Shown here: positions 8,972 to 19,177 of the stretch, piece after piece
How the letters are laid out: each line of letters opens with the position of its first letter
How positions within the stretch are numbered: position 1 is the first letter of the stretch
From: a virus
Taxonomy: Duplodnaviria; Caudoviricetes
DNA: 63,771 bases
Virus record (IMG/VR): IMGVR_UViG_3300027741_000060
Span: 1-63,771 of that record
Strand: one strand, 5' to 3'
The notes under the pieces: model-generated
Told to the model about the DNA's origin: nothing
The model's database searches: none
The model's input: only the letters and a program-made list of their open reading frames with translations
Program-made: the position numbers and the translations under genes

Positions 8972-10116
8972 AATTGTTTCCTTTGATAGTCGTATCCAGG
9001 TTGCATCATGTCAATTTGTTGTTGAGCATGATCCGGGTCACTCCAGCAGTAGTCGTATGTTGCCTCAACACCATCCACTGTGATCTTGTATATATCTAGG
9101 TGTGTTTCCAGCTGTTGCCAAATGGATCGGTAGTCGTCGGTACCAAAGCTGCGAATCAAGTCAACTTGACCCACTGGCAAATAACCCAGACTCAATTTGG
9201 GGTCTTGGGGGTCAAGTCCATTGGCCTTCAACCAGGTTTGAAAACGATCTTGCTCACCATCGTGCCAAGGTTGCTCGCTGCCGCGTGTCACATCACGACC
9301 CCACTCAATGTCAAACTCTCCCGAATAGTATTCAAGATGTGTGATAGCGTCGCAAGTGGCACCATCTAACACAGGTGCATCTTCGTCACGGAATACCTCA
9401 AACAAGGTTTTGCCTATCTGTGTCCAGTGCATGTATACACCTCCCAGCACACGGTCATAACCATTGGCTACAAAACCTTGCCTGTGTTCGTCAGTCAACG
9501 GATACCGAGGTGCACACAACCAAGTGGTGATTTGACTGGGTCGTTGCCATTCGGGATTGGACACTCGTTTGCGTTGGCTCAACACCAAGTTTTCAATTTC
9601 GTGACAAATGTTGTTGAGTTGACGTATGGCATACTTGGTAGGATAGTCAGCTGCTTGGTAATATCTACTGAGATTGTTCACTGTGCCTTGCAACACTTCA
9701 AAGTGATTGTGCAGGCGATTCATCACAGAATGTTTGACCTGAAGTCCTACCTCATAAGGTTGATTGCCACCCACGGCCACAGGGTACTCACGGCCATAGC
9801 GAACCACGTCGGGGGCAAACCAGTCTTCAATTTGATAGTCCGCGAGTCCCAGTCGCTGCCACTCACCGGACCGGTTGAACAGATTGATCTGCCACACAGC
9901 TTGATTCAACTGAATGCACAAATATTCCAGTGTTCTGGCAGTGCCAGCAAAGCCCATGAAACAGTAATTTTTTTCCAGCATGCAGTCTGACTGCAACAAT
10001 TGCTTAAGAGCAGTGATCCAGTCTTGTGCCAACTGGGTGTCGTTGGGCACAATCCAGCAATCTAGCGTGCTGTCCCGATCCATGGGATTTCTAAGGGTAA
10101 TTTTTATTTCACTCAT
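8968..10116 (-). CDS. Hypothetical protein of the modification cluster
   Basis: Long ORF coupled on both sides; His/Glu helix motifs NRLHNHFE and NNICHEIE. Confidence 0.7.
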   Translation of the reverse strand: MSEIKITLRNPMDRDSTLDCWIVPNDTQLAQDWITALKQLLQSDCMLEKNYCFMGFAGTARTLEYLCIQLNQAVWQINLFNRSGEWQRLGLADYQIEDWFAPDVVRYGREYPVAVGGNQPYEVGLQVKHSVMNRLHNHFEVLQGTVNNLSRYYQAADYPTKYAIRQLNNICHEIENLVLSQRKRVSNPEWQRPSQITTWLCAPRYPLTDEHRQGFVANGYDRVLGGVYMHWTQIGKTLFEVFRDEDAPVLDGATCDAITHLEYYSGEFDIEWGRDVTRGSEQPWHDGEQDRFQTWLKANGLDPQDPKLSLGYLPVGQVDLIRSFGTDDYRSIWQQLETHLDIYKITVDGVEATYDYCWSDPDHAQQQIDMMQPGYDYQRKQL

Positions 10117-11413
10117 CAATTGCTTTCCACCAAGCATGTACATCGGGACGTTGGCTCAGTATCGCATCCATGGTTGTGGGATTTTTTCTAATAGATTCTA
10201 GTCGCAGTATTCTCTGCTTGCCCTGCCGCCAACCTTGCAAACATTGATCCGGCCATTGTTCTTCAAAAGTAGGACGATTTTTCAACTGTGTCAACACATC
10301 CTGCATGGCGCCACCTGACACTTGTGTCAGCAATTCATTTACCCAGGGATCCAACAAACTTCTCGGCAAGCACAAGGGACTCATCACAATGTCCGGGGTA
10401 AATGCAAATGTGACCTTGGACAACACATCAACACCCAAATCTCTGGCAGTGTTCATGATATTGACCACTTCAAACATGCCAGGCAAGGTCAAGGTAAAAT
10501 CAAAACGCATCTGCCTGGGATGCCGAGAAATAGTCAGCCCTTGCTGAAAGTTGTTTAAAAAGGTGGTAGATTCCAACCCAGTGCGGATGTATTCTCCGAT
10601 GGGTCCAAGTCCATCGATGCTGGCGCAGATTTGCCAGTCTCGTACATGAGCCAGTATATCACGATAAAGGTTAACACCGCCGTAATTAACCCGACTGAGA
10701 TTGGTATTGTATCTTGCATAAACTCTTGGTCCATCACCTAGTTCAACTATACGGCGCATGTAACGCCAGTGTTGTTCGTACATGAGAGGTTCTCCTCCCA
10801 CCCAGTATATTTCTTCTACTCTGTGTTCTTCTACTGCAGCGGCAAATTCTGCTTCAATTTGTGTGTCTTGAAATTGTCTTATTTGTTCTCGAACCTCAGG
10901 GCGCATCCAATTATTTTTAGGATTGGTATAGTCCAACATATTATGAGTACGTTGTTCACTTTCCCAACTACTGCTCAGCATGTCACCGCACATGCGGCAC
11001 TTGAAGTTGCAAAGATTGCTGAATCTATAATCCCAGCTCACAGGCTTGACTGTGGTATATCCAGTTTCATCTGTGGCTGCCATAGCCTCTTCATACTTAT
11101 GACCAAACAAACTATTAAAGTAGCTGCGATAGACATCAGTATTGAGTAATTTACTGTTGCATACATCACATTCAGGTAGCGTTTCCCCGGCCATCATTCT
11201 CTGCCGGACCGATCTCATGTGATCACCATTCCAGTGTTGTTCCAATGTTGTTGGCCGATAAGTCCCGGTGCCAGCTGCAGTGTCTATGTATTGTTCAAAG
11301 TTCTGTGCAGGTTCACGACTGGCACAACACATACGCCTTTCGGTTTGTGGACTCAAGTAGGTGTGAGTCCACGGTGCCATGCAGAGAGTGGCAGGAGCAT
11401 TAGGATTCGGCAT
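10109..11413 (-). CDS. Radical SAM protein with N-terminal Twitch/SPASM-like domain
   Basis: CNFKCRMC, GGEP, YNTN; N-terminal CMAPW...CC...CDVC. Confidence 0.9.
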   Translation of the reverse strand: MPNPNAPATLCMAPWTHTYLSPQTERRMCCASREPAQNFEQYIDTAAGTGTYRPTTLEQHWNGDHMRSVRQRMMAGETLPECDVCNSKLLNTDVYRSYFNSLFGHKYEEAMAATDETGYTTVKPVSWDYRFSNLCNFKCRMCGDMLSSSWESEQRTHNMLDYTNPKNNWMRPEVREQIRQFQDTQIEAEFAAAVEEHRVEEIYWVGGEPLMYEQHWRYMRRIVELGDGPRVYARYNTNLSRVNYGGVNLYRDILAHVRDWQICASIDGLGPIGEYIRTGLESTTFLNNFQQGLTISRHPRQMRFDFTLTLPGMFEVVNIMNTARDLGVDVLSKVTFAFTPDIVMSPLCLPRSLLDPWVNELLTQVSGGAMQDVLTQLKNRPTFEEQWPDQCLQGWRQGKQRILRLESIRKNPTTMDAILSQRPDVHAWWKAIDE

Positions 11414-12374
11414 ATTCTAGTATGGGTTCAATTAGTTCAGAGATCAATCGAGTCTCTACCAGCTGCTGGTTGTAAAATCTCGCATGATTATGTGCAAGTT
11501 TGTCCCAGGTCAGTTGACTGTAAGGCTCTCGTTTGAATGATTTAGACTGAGCCACAATGTGCTGTATTCTATCATCCAAGAGAGGCATACTGTCATAACT
11601 TTCGTCAAACATGTTTTCAAATGTTTCAAATCCTTGACTTTTCAAATAGGCCAGGTGTCCCTGTTGTGCCACGCACATGAAAGGATGATAAAATGCCATG
11701 GGCTTGAATGTTTTTTCTGTGACAAAAATGTCCGGAGGTGTGTGCACTTCAGTTTCTGTCACAAGACTATAATAGGTACTATCATACCAGGTGGGATCAT
11801 AGTGTCGTTGAAAGACTCCGTGAGCCGGCGACAGATCATTGGGCAGATACTTGCCATGCCAGGCATAGCTCCAGATCATGTCGTCCAGCATGCTGCTCAT
11901 TCTTGCAAAAGTTTCTTTTCTATGCCAACGATCCACACGCATGGGCATGAGCGCTAATTTAGTATATGTTTTGTTTGGTCTATAGCTTTGATATCCTAGA
12001 TCTGTGTACCATATAGATTCAAAATACCAAAACCAATTTTTTATGTGTACAATAAAAAAATCACCTTCGGTTTCGGGCCAGTGTGGTAGATCCGACATAT
12101 AGGCTTTTTCTTTTGAAAATCCTTCATGCTCCCACAAGCCGTCTACTAATATTTTAAATCCTTGCTCAAGATAAGAACGATACCAAAAACTGGCATCTGG
12201 ATTTCCGTGTTTGAAAACATTTACAGCAATCAGTGTATCTTCTTTCTTGTGCTCAGTGTTGTCACCAAATCTCACAACATCAAAATACCGTGACAAAAAT
12301 TTAATAAAAGATTTGTGCCAAAACGAGTTTGAATCGTCTGTGTTGTATAGTATTTTAAACCGACGCATAGTCAT
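11400..12374 (-). CDS. Putative glycosyltransferase-like protein (TEK-motif family)
   Basis: SLVTETE...FVTEKTFKPM...GFETF...DESYD; AT-rich N-terminal half. Confidence 0.6.
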   Translation of the reverse strand: MTMRRFKILYNTDDSNSFWHKSFIKFLSRYFDVVRFGDNTEHKKEDTLIAVNVFKHGNPDASFWYRSYLEQGFKILVDGLWEHEGFSKEKAYMSDLPHWPETEGDFFIVHIKNWFWYFESIWYTDLGYQSYRPNKTYTKLALMPMRVDRWHRKETFARMSSMLDDMIWSYAWHGKYLPNDLSPAHGVFQRHYDPTWYDSTYYSLVTETEVHTPPDIFVTEKTFKPMAFYHPFMCVAQQGHLAYLKSQGFETFENMFDESYDSMPLLDDRIQHIVAQSKSFKREPYSQLTWDKLAHNHARFYNQQLVETRLISELIEPILEYAES

Positions 12375-13575
12375 AGTCAATCAACTCAGCCATTTCTGGA
12401 GCTACGTCCCGGAAGTTTTGATTTCTCTTGCGATCCAAGTCACTTATCTTCATTCGCAGCATGAAGCCATCTGTTGATGCGCCAGTATTCATAAAATCTA
12501 TGATACGGTCAAACTCCACACGGTACTGCAGTGGCACATCTGCTGTGCGTAGGTGTTCTGTAACAGCAGACTTAGCCGAGTCAGGTAGTGTAGCAATTGA
12601 AAAGTACCAGGCATCATGCATCATGTTCCAGTACACAAAGTCAAAATTTTGCTGCACAATCCAATGGGCCAACTGATCAATGTAACGTACATTGAAAATG
12701 TTTACTGTTGAGCAACATTGTAACTGCAAGTTAGGCATTTGAGTTTTTAGATACTGAAAACTTGTGATGTTATCTAGTACCACAGCCCAATCTGCATTTG
12801 TGCGCTGATATTCAAATCGGTCACCCACATCGTCGATACTGAATGCAATCTCTACTGTTTTGAAATGCCGCCAAATTGCTTCGCCACGCTCAGGATACTG
12901 TGTGCCATTGGTGTTGTAATGTATCTCCACTTGATGAGCAATGCCACGATCCACAATACCTTGCAACATGTCAAAGTGTTGGTCAATCATGAATGGCTCA
13001 CCTCCTGTGAATTCGATATAGCGAATTCGGTCCAGAGCTTGATCTATTTCTGACCAGAAGCGTTCATTTTCTCTAGGCCAGGCACCGGCTCTCAACATTT
13101 GATAGGGAAAAGATTTTTTCTTTTCTTCTTCCGTGGGCAGCTGACTCATTTCTTCCACTGCAAACTGACTGCTGGACCATGAACCACAGATACGACATTT
13201 CAAGTTACAGATGTTGCCCAGCTTGAGATCCAAGAACATGAGAGGTTTAGCATCCGCAGTCCATTCCTGGTCAGGCAACATGTGCTTGAGTCGATCCAGG
13301 GTATGCATGCGTTTGCTGGTACGGCCACCACGTTCCTCGTTCCAACACTTGCGACAGGTCTGTGGTTTCTCCCCAGCCAAGAACTGTTCACGCAGTCGTT
13401 TCATGTGCTGACTTTGTTGAACTTCGCCAAAGGTCGATGTGGCCAATTCGAACTTGTTGCCAGCGTCGTCGACAATTTCGTCATCGGCCAGACAGCAAGG
13501 GCGCACAGTACCGATGGGACTGGCTTCTAGGCTGACCCAAGGCAACACGCAAAATTTTTCATGTGGTAAGTTCAT
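12355..13575 (-). CDS. Radical SAM protein with N-terminal Twitch/SPASM-like domain
   Basis: CNLKCRIC, GGEP, YNTNG; N-terminal CVLPW...PCC...CRKC; ATG 13575 overlaps the upstream TGA. Confidence 0.9.
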   Translation of the reverse strand: MNLPHEKFCVLPWVSLEASPIGTVRPCCLADDEIVDDAGNKFELATSTFGEVQQSQHMKRLREQFLAGEKPQTCRKCWNEERGGRTSKRMHTLDRLKHMLPDQEWTADAKPLMFLDLKLGNICNLKCRICGSWSSSQFAVEEMSQLPTEEEKKKSFPYQMLRAGAWPRENERFWSEIDQALDRIRYIEFTGGEPFMIDQHFDMLQGIVDRGIAHQVEIHYNTNGTQYPERGEAIWRHFKTVEIAFSIDDVGDRFEYQRTNADWAVVLDNITSFQYLKTQMPNLQLQCCSTVNIFNVRYIDQLAHWIVQQNFDFVYWNMMHDAWYFSIATLPDSAKSAVTEHLRTADVPLQYRVEFDRIIDFMNTGASTDGFMLRMKISDLDRKRNQNFRDVAPEMAELIDYDYASV

Positions 13576-15278
13576 TTTAACGCCTTGAGTTCTGGTATTA
13601 CATCCAATATATTTTCTCTTCGAATGGCATCTAACTCGTGTGTTTTTTGCCAAAATTTTTCTAGTAGATGATTGTTGTTATTGTTCAATAATTTAATGGC
13701 ACTTTCGAATCCCACGGTGGCTCTGTTCAATTGATCTTGAGGTCTCAGCCAATCTAGATGTTGTTCAAATTTGTCACGTATTCTTTTTTTGTATTCTTCC
13801 GGTGCAATGTCAATTCTATAGTGAGAAGGATCTAACAATATATTGACGTTGAGATCTTGAGTTTTTATCAATCCATCAGCTACCCACTCGCGATGAAAGT
13901 CCGGCAGGTGCAATGCATTCATTATGCTGAGTGTAGGAGAGATATAAAAATCTACACCGGGACATATTTCAAGCATTTGTTGTCGATTTTTGACCACAGT
14001 ACTCCAATCAGTTCCTTTCCGTATGTATTCTCCACGAGCATGCGATGCATCTAAACTAGCACCTACACTTACACTATCAAACAATTTCCAATACTCAAAC
14101 ACACTTTTTCCTTTGAGATCAGTGTGCGTGAAATTGGTATTGTATATTAATCTAACATCAAATCGTTTGCGTCGAACAAGTTCTTCCAATATATTATAGT
14201 GTTCTTCCATCACCAATGGTTCGCCACCGGCAAAATATATTTGCTCCACATAATCCAAATGAGTCGAAAGTTGTAACCACATGTCGTTTTCGTCGCGACC
14301 AGCATAATTCAACACACTGTTTTGTAACTTCCACTCGGGTCCTGCAATTTTGGTTTGATCCTGGTACCATTGACTACTATAAATATGACCACAACTGCGA
14401 CATTTGAGATTGCACAAGTTACTGAATCTAATATCCCAATAAATCATTTCAAATCGATCGACTGTTCCGTCAGGAGTAGTCTCGCTTACTCTGTCAATGT
14501 GATGCCCGTGATGTTTGTTGGCACTCAATCGCCCACTAAAAAATCCAGCTTCTTCTTTTTCATAACAATGATTACAGCCGGTTATTTTTTTTTCTGTCAG
14601 CATGTCGGTTCGAACTTTTTTCATCAATGGTTGATTCCAAATTTCAGACAGGCTACTATTTTTAACATTTCCAACCGGATGTTTATGATTGGTCATACAG
14701 CATGGATAAGCATTTCCATCTGGATTGGCATTTAAATGTATCCAGGGGTAAATGCAAAATACTTTACTTTCAGTCAATAAAAATTTTTCTTTTTGACTGA
14801 GTTCGTTCAACGATAACTTCAAGGGATTGACTGAATCATACTGATACATCTCTTTTATTGTGGAGGGATTCTTGTCAAGAGAAATAACTTGCCAATTGTG
14901 CCCTTCAATGCCGATTCCTTGAATGCTGTTAAATTGATCATTATTCAATGAGTGCACATAAGTTAATTCTTGTTGCAAGTCAGGATTGGTTGATAGCAAA
15001 ATCACAAAAGAATTAGTGATATCACATTCATTTAAAATGAGTTGTAAGTTGCGCAGTATCAATCCGGTTTTTTGTGTCTTGATATAAAAATCACCTGTTT
15101 GGTGAACAAATACCAGGCGTTGATTTTGTTCGTAACAATCTTGTTTTGCTTGCTGACACTGGTTTTTGAGCCAATCTTGTGCATCCGAGTACGACATCGA
15201 GTGCCACGCGCCTAAGTCAATTACTTGTAGTACATTATATTGTTTTTTTAAAAAATCTATTTGTTGTTGTGCATTCAT
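13572..15278 (-). CDS. Radical SAM protein (Twitch/SPASM-like) with extra N-terminal domain
   Basis: CNLKCRSC, GGEP; CIYPW...PCC...CNHC preceded by ~170 aa of unrelated AT-rich sequence. Confidence 0.88.
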   Translation of the reverse strand: MNAQQQIDFLKKQYNVLQVIDLGAWHSMSYSDAQDWLKNQCQQAKQDCYEQNQRLVFVHQTGDFYIKTQKTGLILRNLQLILNECDITNSFVILLSTNPDLQQELTYVHSLNNDQFNSIQGIGIEGHNWQVISLDKNPSTIKEMYQYDSVNPLKLSLNELSQKEKFLLTESKVFCIYPWIHLNANPDGNAYPCCMTNHKHPVGNVKNSSLSEIWNQPLMKKVRTDMLTEKKITGCNHCYEKEEAGFFSGRLSANKHHGHHIDRVSETTPDGTVDRFEMIYWDIRFSNLCNLKCRSCGHIYSSQWYQDQTKIAGPEWKLQNSVLNYAGRDENDMWLQLSTHLDYVEQIYFAGGEPLVMEEHYNILEELVRRKRFDVRLIYNTNFTHTDLKGKSVFEYWKLFDSVSVGASLDASHARGEYIRKGTDWSTVVKNRQQMLEICPGVDFYISPTLSIMNALHLPDFHREWVADGLIKTQDLNVNILLDPSHYRIDIAPEEYKKRIRDKFEQHLDWLRPQDQLNRATVGFESAIKLLNNNNNHLLEKFWQKTHELDAIRRENILDVIPELKALK

Positions 15279-16612
15279 ATACTGTTATACCATTCATTCA
15301 AGTTAGGAAACGCTGCAGCAAAATCTTTGCCCCGGCGTTGATCATACTGCTGATAAAATTTAACAAAATCATTCAACAGAGCAGGGCGTTCAAATGTGTC
15401 CGAGTGCGGTGTCTTGACCACGTCAAGATAATCAATCAAGCGTTGTGTGTGATTGATCTCGTGCTCGTGCAGGAAAGGATTGTTTCGATTCGTAAACAAC
15501 CACTGCTCTAGTTCTAGACGATAGCGTGTGCGCAGGTGATCCGGCAGCACCAAGGGCGACTGAAAGCTGGGGAAACGCAAGATATTTAGTGTGAAGTTCA
15601 CAGCATCACGCCCGTACAGTTGCTTGAGTTCCAACATGGTGTCAAGATGAGCAACCAAGCTGTCCAGGCACAGGGCATTGATGGTGCACATCACATGCAC
15701 AGCTTTTACTGCGCCGGATTCCACCAAGGCCTGCACATTGTCCAGCCACTGATGATAATCAAGGCCATCGCGTATGTATTCGGCTTGAATCCCTGTGGCT
15801 TCCATGCTGGTGTACAGTTCCACATGCGGCAATGGTTTTACTGCCTCAATAAACTCCGACAGTTTTTCCTGATCAAAGCCCAGGTTGGAGTTAATGGCCA
15901 GTCGTGTAGTACTCTTGCCTTGGTTGGTTTTGAACCACTCAATCAACTTCCAGGTATAACCACTCATAAGTGGTTCACCTCCGGTGATTCTCAGTTCTTG
16001 GAGCGTTCGGTGTAGGTCTGTTTCCCACCAAGAAAAGAACGCATCCACATAGGGATTGGTTTGATTAAACGTGTATAGTTGAGCACTGTCGTGAGTATGA
16101 GTAAAGTGATTGCGCCCATCAGACACCAACCCCTCATAGGCTCCGTGCCGTTTGATGTCATTGACCCAGGTGCTGGAGAAAGCAGGATTGCAATAGCTAC
16201 AGGCAAATTGGCAAGTTCTATCAAACGCAATTTCGAGAGTTCGAAGATTGACGTCTTGATCAGCTGGGGTATCAAATGCCTCATCCAGGGCTGCAATGGG
16301 ATATATCTTGCTCTTGTACACACGGTCGCTTACTGCATCTCGACCCATGTCTTCAATTTTCCAGCAGTACTCACAACCAGGCGGACGTTCTCCTGCCAAC
16401 ATCTGTGCACGATCTTGTTTCTTTTGTGCTGAATTGTGCAAGGACCGGGGATTCCTTTGAGCTTCTTCTACAGGAACCTTGTGAGCTGGTGGGTGATGAC
16501 AGCTGGTGGTCATGCCTGACCCTAGCCATATGGTGGCATTGTACCACTTGGCACCGCAAAAACTGGCGCTCTTGGTGTCCAAGAATTGTCTTTTAAACTC
16601 TAGATCAGTCAT
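15275..16612 (-). CDS. Radical SAM protein with N-terminal Cys/His domain
   Basis: CQFACSYC, GGEP; N-terminal CGAKW...SCHHP...CEYC. Confidence 0.9.
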   Translation of the reverse strand: MTDLEFKRQFLDTKSASFCGAKWYNATIWLGSGMTTSCHHPPAHKVPVEEAQRNPRSLHNSAQKKQDRAQMLAGERPPGCEYCWKIEDMGRDAVSDRVYKSKIYPIAALDEAFDTPADQDVNLRTLEIAFDRTCQFACSYCNPAFSSTWVNDIKRHGAYEGLVSDGRNHFTHTHDSAQLYTFNQTNPYVDAFFSWWETDLHRTLQELRITGGEPLMSGYTWKLIEWFKTNQGKSTTRLAINSNLGFDQEKLSEFIEAVKPLPHVELYTSMEATGIQAEYIRDGLDYHQWLDNVQALVESGAVKAVHVMCTINALCLDSLVAHLDTMLELKQLYGRDAVNFTLNILRFPSFQSPLVLPDHLRTRYRLELEQWLFTNRNNPFLHEHEINHTQRLIDYLDVVKTPHSDTFERPALLNDFVKFYQQYDQRRGKDFAAAFPNLNEWYNSI

Positions 16613-17744
16613 GACGATGTTGCTGGATAAATTGATGTAAACGGTCAGGAAATTCTTGCCGAACTTGCAGTCGCATTTCAGCCAAGTGCTGCTGATTGTA
16701 TTTACATATATTGTAGCACTCTTTCAAGAAACTCTTAAGATCTTGACGGCACAAATCATCCACTACTTGGGCAACACGTTCAATACGGTCTTGGCTGTTG
16801 GGTATGAGATCAAAACTTTCATCAATTACTGAATCAAATGTACGGAATCCCAGATTGCGCATGTCTCGGTAATAGCCTTCGTTGGCCACAGCAACCCAAG
16901 GATGACCCATGGCAATGGGTTTCCAGATTTTTTCTGTTCTGAAACTGTGGGGATAGTCAAACACAGTTTCAGTTACCACACTGAAATAGGTGTCAACATA
17001 GGGTGCAGCTTTGAGATAGATTTCGCCCCAGTCATTGTTGAACAAGGCGGGCTTGACATAGCTTTCGTTCACTGGCCGATCAACATTGGCACTGTAAGCA
17101 TCCACTTCATAAGCAGGATCTAAATACTTGACCGGTCTCACAGTCTTCATGAGATCTTGATCACGATGCATGAGTTTTAGCACACCTCGAGTATTGCTGT
17201 GACTGTCCAAAAAGCTCCAAAGACTTTGATCCAATATGCCCAAGAGATCAAACTGTTCAACTAGATATTTTCTACTGGGTCTCATGCGACCGTTGAGAAA
17301 TAGAAATTTATAAGGCTTGTCGGTCTTGGTAAAAATTGCCTGTGCTTGCTCAATGGCCTGAATGTTTTCCGTATAATCCAGGACCTTGGGTAGAAAGCTG
17401 TCAAACAGCATGTAAGGCCATTCTGGTGCCATCTCGCCGCCGCCGAGCAACAGTATTTTTTTATCAAGCACTAGTTGATCTATGCCATAAGAATAGCACT
17501 TGTTCCTCAGTGTTTCGGAGCCCTCGGCTGGATTGCTGTGTATTATTGTACATTGGCCGGATTCAGCCAACTCGCGTATGAGAGGTGCATTGGCCACCAT
17601 TTGTTGGCGGCCTATTAGGTAAACAGCACCTGGTACAATGTCATGCTTGGTAAGATCCCAAAAAACATCATCGGCCCAGGGCCGGAGCAAGTCATAGACT
17701 TCGCAAAAGGTATCTAATACCAGTTTGTAATTTTTACCCTGCAT
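16605..17744 (-). CDS. Putative glycosyltransferase-like protein (TEK-motif family)
   Basis: FLFLNGRMR; FSVVTETV...FRTEKIWKPI...GFRTFD...DESFD. Confidence 0.6.
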   Translation of the reverse strand: MQGKNYKLVLDTFCEVYDLLRPWADDVFWDLTKHDIVPGAVYLIGRQQMVANAPLIRELAESGQCTIIHSNPAEGSETLRNKCYSYGIDQLVLDKKILLLGGGEMAPEWPYMLFDSFLPKVLDYTENIQAIEQAQAIFTKTDKPYKFLFLNGRMRPSRKYLVEQFDLLGILDQSLWSFLDSHSNTRGVLKLMHRDQDLMKTVRPVKYLDPAYEVDAYSANVDRPVNESYVKPALFNNDWGEIYLKAAPYVDTYFSVVTETVFDYPHSFRTEKIWKPIAMGHPWVAVANEGYYRDMRNLGFRTFDSVIDESFDLIPNSQDRIERVAQVVDDLCRQDLKSFLKECYNICKYNQQHLAEMRLQVRQEFPDRLHQFIQQHRHD

Positions 17745-17748
17745 GATG

Positions 17749-19161
17749 CTATTGCTGTCGGGCTTGATACTCGCACTCGCGCCACCACGATGACATTTCC
17801 GGGAATGTTTTTAGGAAGTCAGTACCGCGGCGACGATCATGTTCGCTGAAGAATCTATAAAAGTCTGCCCTGTTCTGTGAGAGGTAGACCGGATCCAGTT
17901 GTTGGCCACGACGCATCCAAGCAATGTCTCGGTCCAGTCTAGCAACCTCATAGTCCTTGAATCCATGAAAGGGATCTTCGGGTGTTTCTTGCTGAATACT
18001 CATTTGATCCTTGAGACGTTCTAGTTTGGCAGCATAGCTCTCGGGCAGCAGTTGTAGGCTCTGCCAATGCGGTTGGCGCAACACCGGGGTGTCAAACCAT
18101 ATGCGCTGATAGGTCTTGCTGTGGGTTTTTCTCAAGCCCAGGATGCCAGCAAACAACTGCTCCAGACTGGTAACTGACAGGTTGTTCATTGTGACAATAA
18201 ATGTGATGCTGTTGCGATAAGGAATCTCGGTTAAAAATTGATTGACTCGGTCCCACAACAGTTCAAAGTCTAGACCGTGTCTCATGTATTCAGCCTGTGC
18301 ACCCCACCCATCTAAACTGATGTATTGCATGAAGTGCTCTAGCACACCTTCTTGACACAGTTTCGTAAGATAACCTTTGTAGCGTTGCCATGACTTTTCA
18401 TCCACTGAAAAGTTGGAAGTCACATTGAGATGCAGTCGGGGATTGGGATTGGCCAACACATAATCAAACACACGATAGGTGTTCTTGTCCAGCATGGGTT
18501 CGCCACCGGTCATGCGAAAATGTTCCAGCTGTGGATACAAGGTAGGCCACCATGACCAAAACGCATCCACATAAGGATTGTGTTCTCTCACAGGTATGGG
18601 ACGATTACGACCCTGAAAGTGCGTGGGGTCATTGTGTGTAGTACTGGTGGGGTAGCCGCCCAGGCGTTCAATTTCTTCTGCCCAGCTGGAACTGAATTGT
18701 GGACTGCAATAGCTGCACTTGAGATTGCACACATGATTGAAGTTGACTTCCACATAGCTGGGGATGACATCATCTTCGTCGCCGATAGAATTTTTAATCC
18801 GTTCAAAATCCACGGCTGCCCAGGGCTCACCAGATCTGTAGTGACGATCACTTAGCTTGCCTTCGTTTTCCATGTTCCAGCAGTACTGACACTCTGCGGG
18901 ACGCTCACCCGACAACATCAGCTTGCGTTGAGCTTTTTTGTGGCTGGTATTGTGCAGTGCACTGGGATTGGCAGCAATTTCCTCCACGGGTATCGCATGC
19001 AAGGGAGGATGATAACAACTGTTATTGAGTCCTGTGGGCAAGTGAAAGCTCACCTGTTTCCATTTGGCAAGGCATAGGGAATGACCCAGTTGATCCTTCA
19101 TTTGTTCAGCTGAGCTCAAGAACTTGCTCTTGTTCCCTACTGACTCGTCACCTTTGTTCAT
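17749..19161 (-). CDS. Radical SAM protein with N-terminal Cys/His domain
   Basis: CNLKCSYC, GGEP; CLAKW...SCYHP...CQYC; clear paralog of 15275..16612 (shared NPYVDAFxSWW and DxRRGxDF). Confidence 0.9.
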   Translation of the reverse strand: MNKGDESVGNKSKFLSSAEQMKDQLGHSLCLAKWKQVSFHLPTGLNNSCYHPPLHAIPVEEIAANPSALHNTSHKKAQRKLMLSGERPAECQYCWNMENEGKLSDRHYRSGEPWAAVDFERIKNSIGDEDDVIPSYVEVNFNHVCNLKCSYCSPQFSSSWAEEIERLGGYPTSTTHNDPTHFQGRNRPIPVREHNPYVDAFWSWWPTLYPQLEHFRMTGGEPMLDKNTYRVFDYVLANPNPRLHLNVTSNFSVDEKSWQRYKGYLTKLCQEGVLEHFMQYISLDGWGAQAEYMRHGLDFELLWDRVNQFLTEIPYRNSITFIVTMNNLSVTSLEQLFAGILGLRKTHSKTYQRIWFDTPVLRQPHWQSLQLLPESYAAKLERLKDQMSIQQETPEDPFHGFKDYEVARLDRDIAWMRRGQQLDPVYLSQNRADFYRFFSEHDRRRGTDFLKTFPEMSSWWRECEYQARQQ

Positions 19162-19177
19162 ATAATGTATTGAATTT

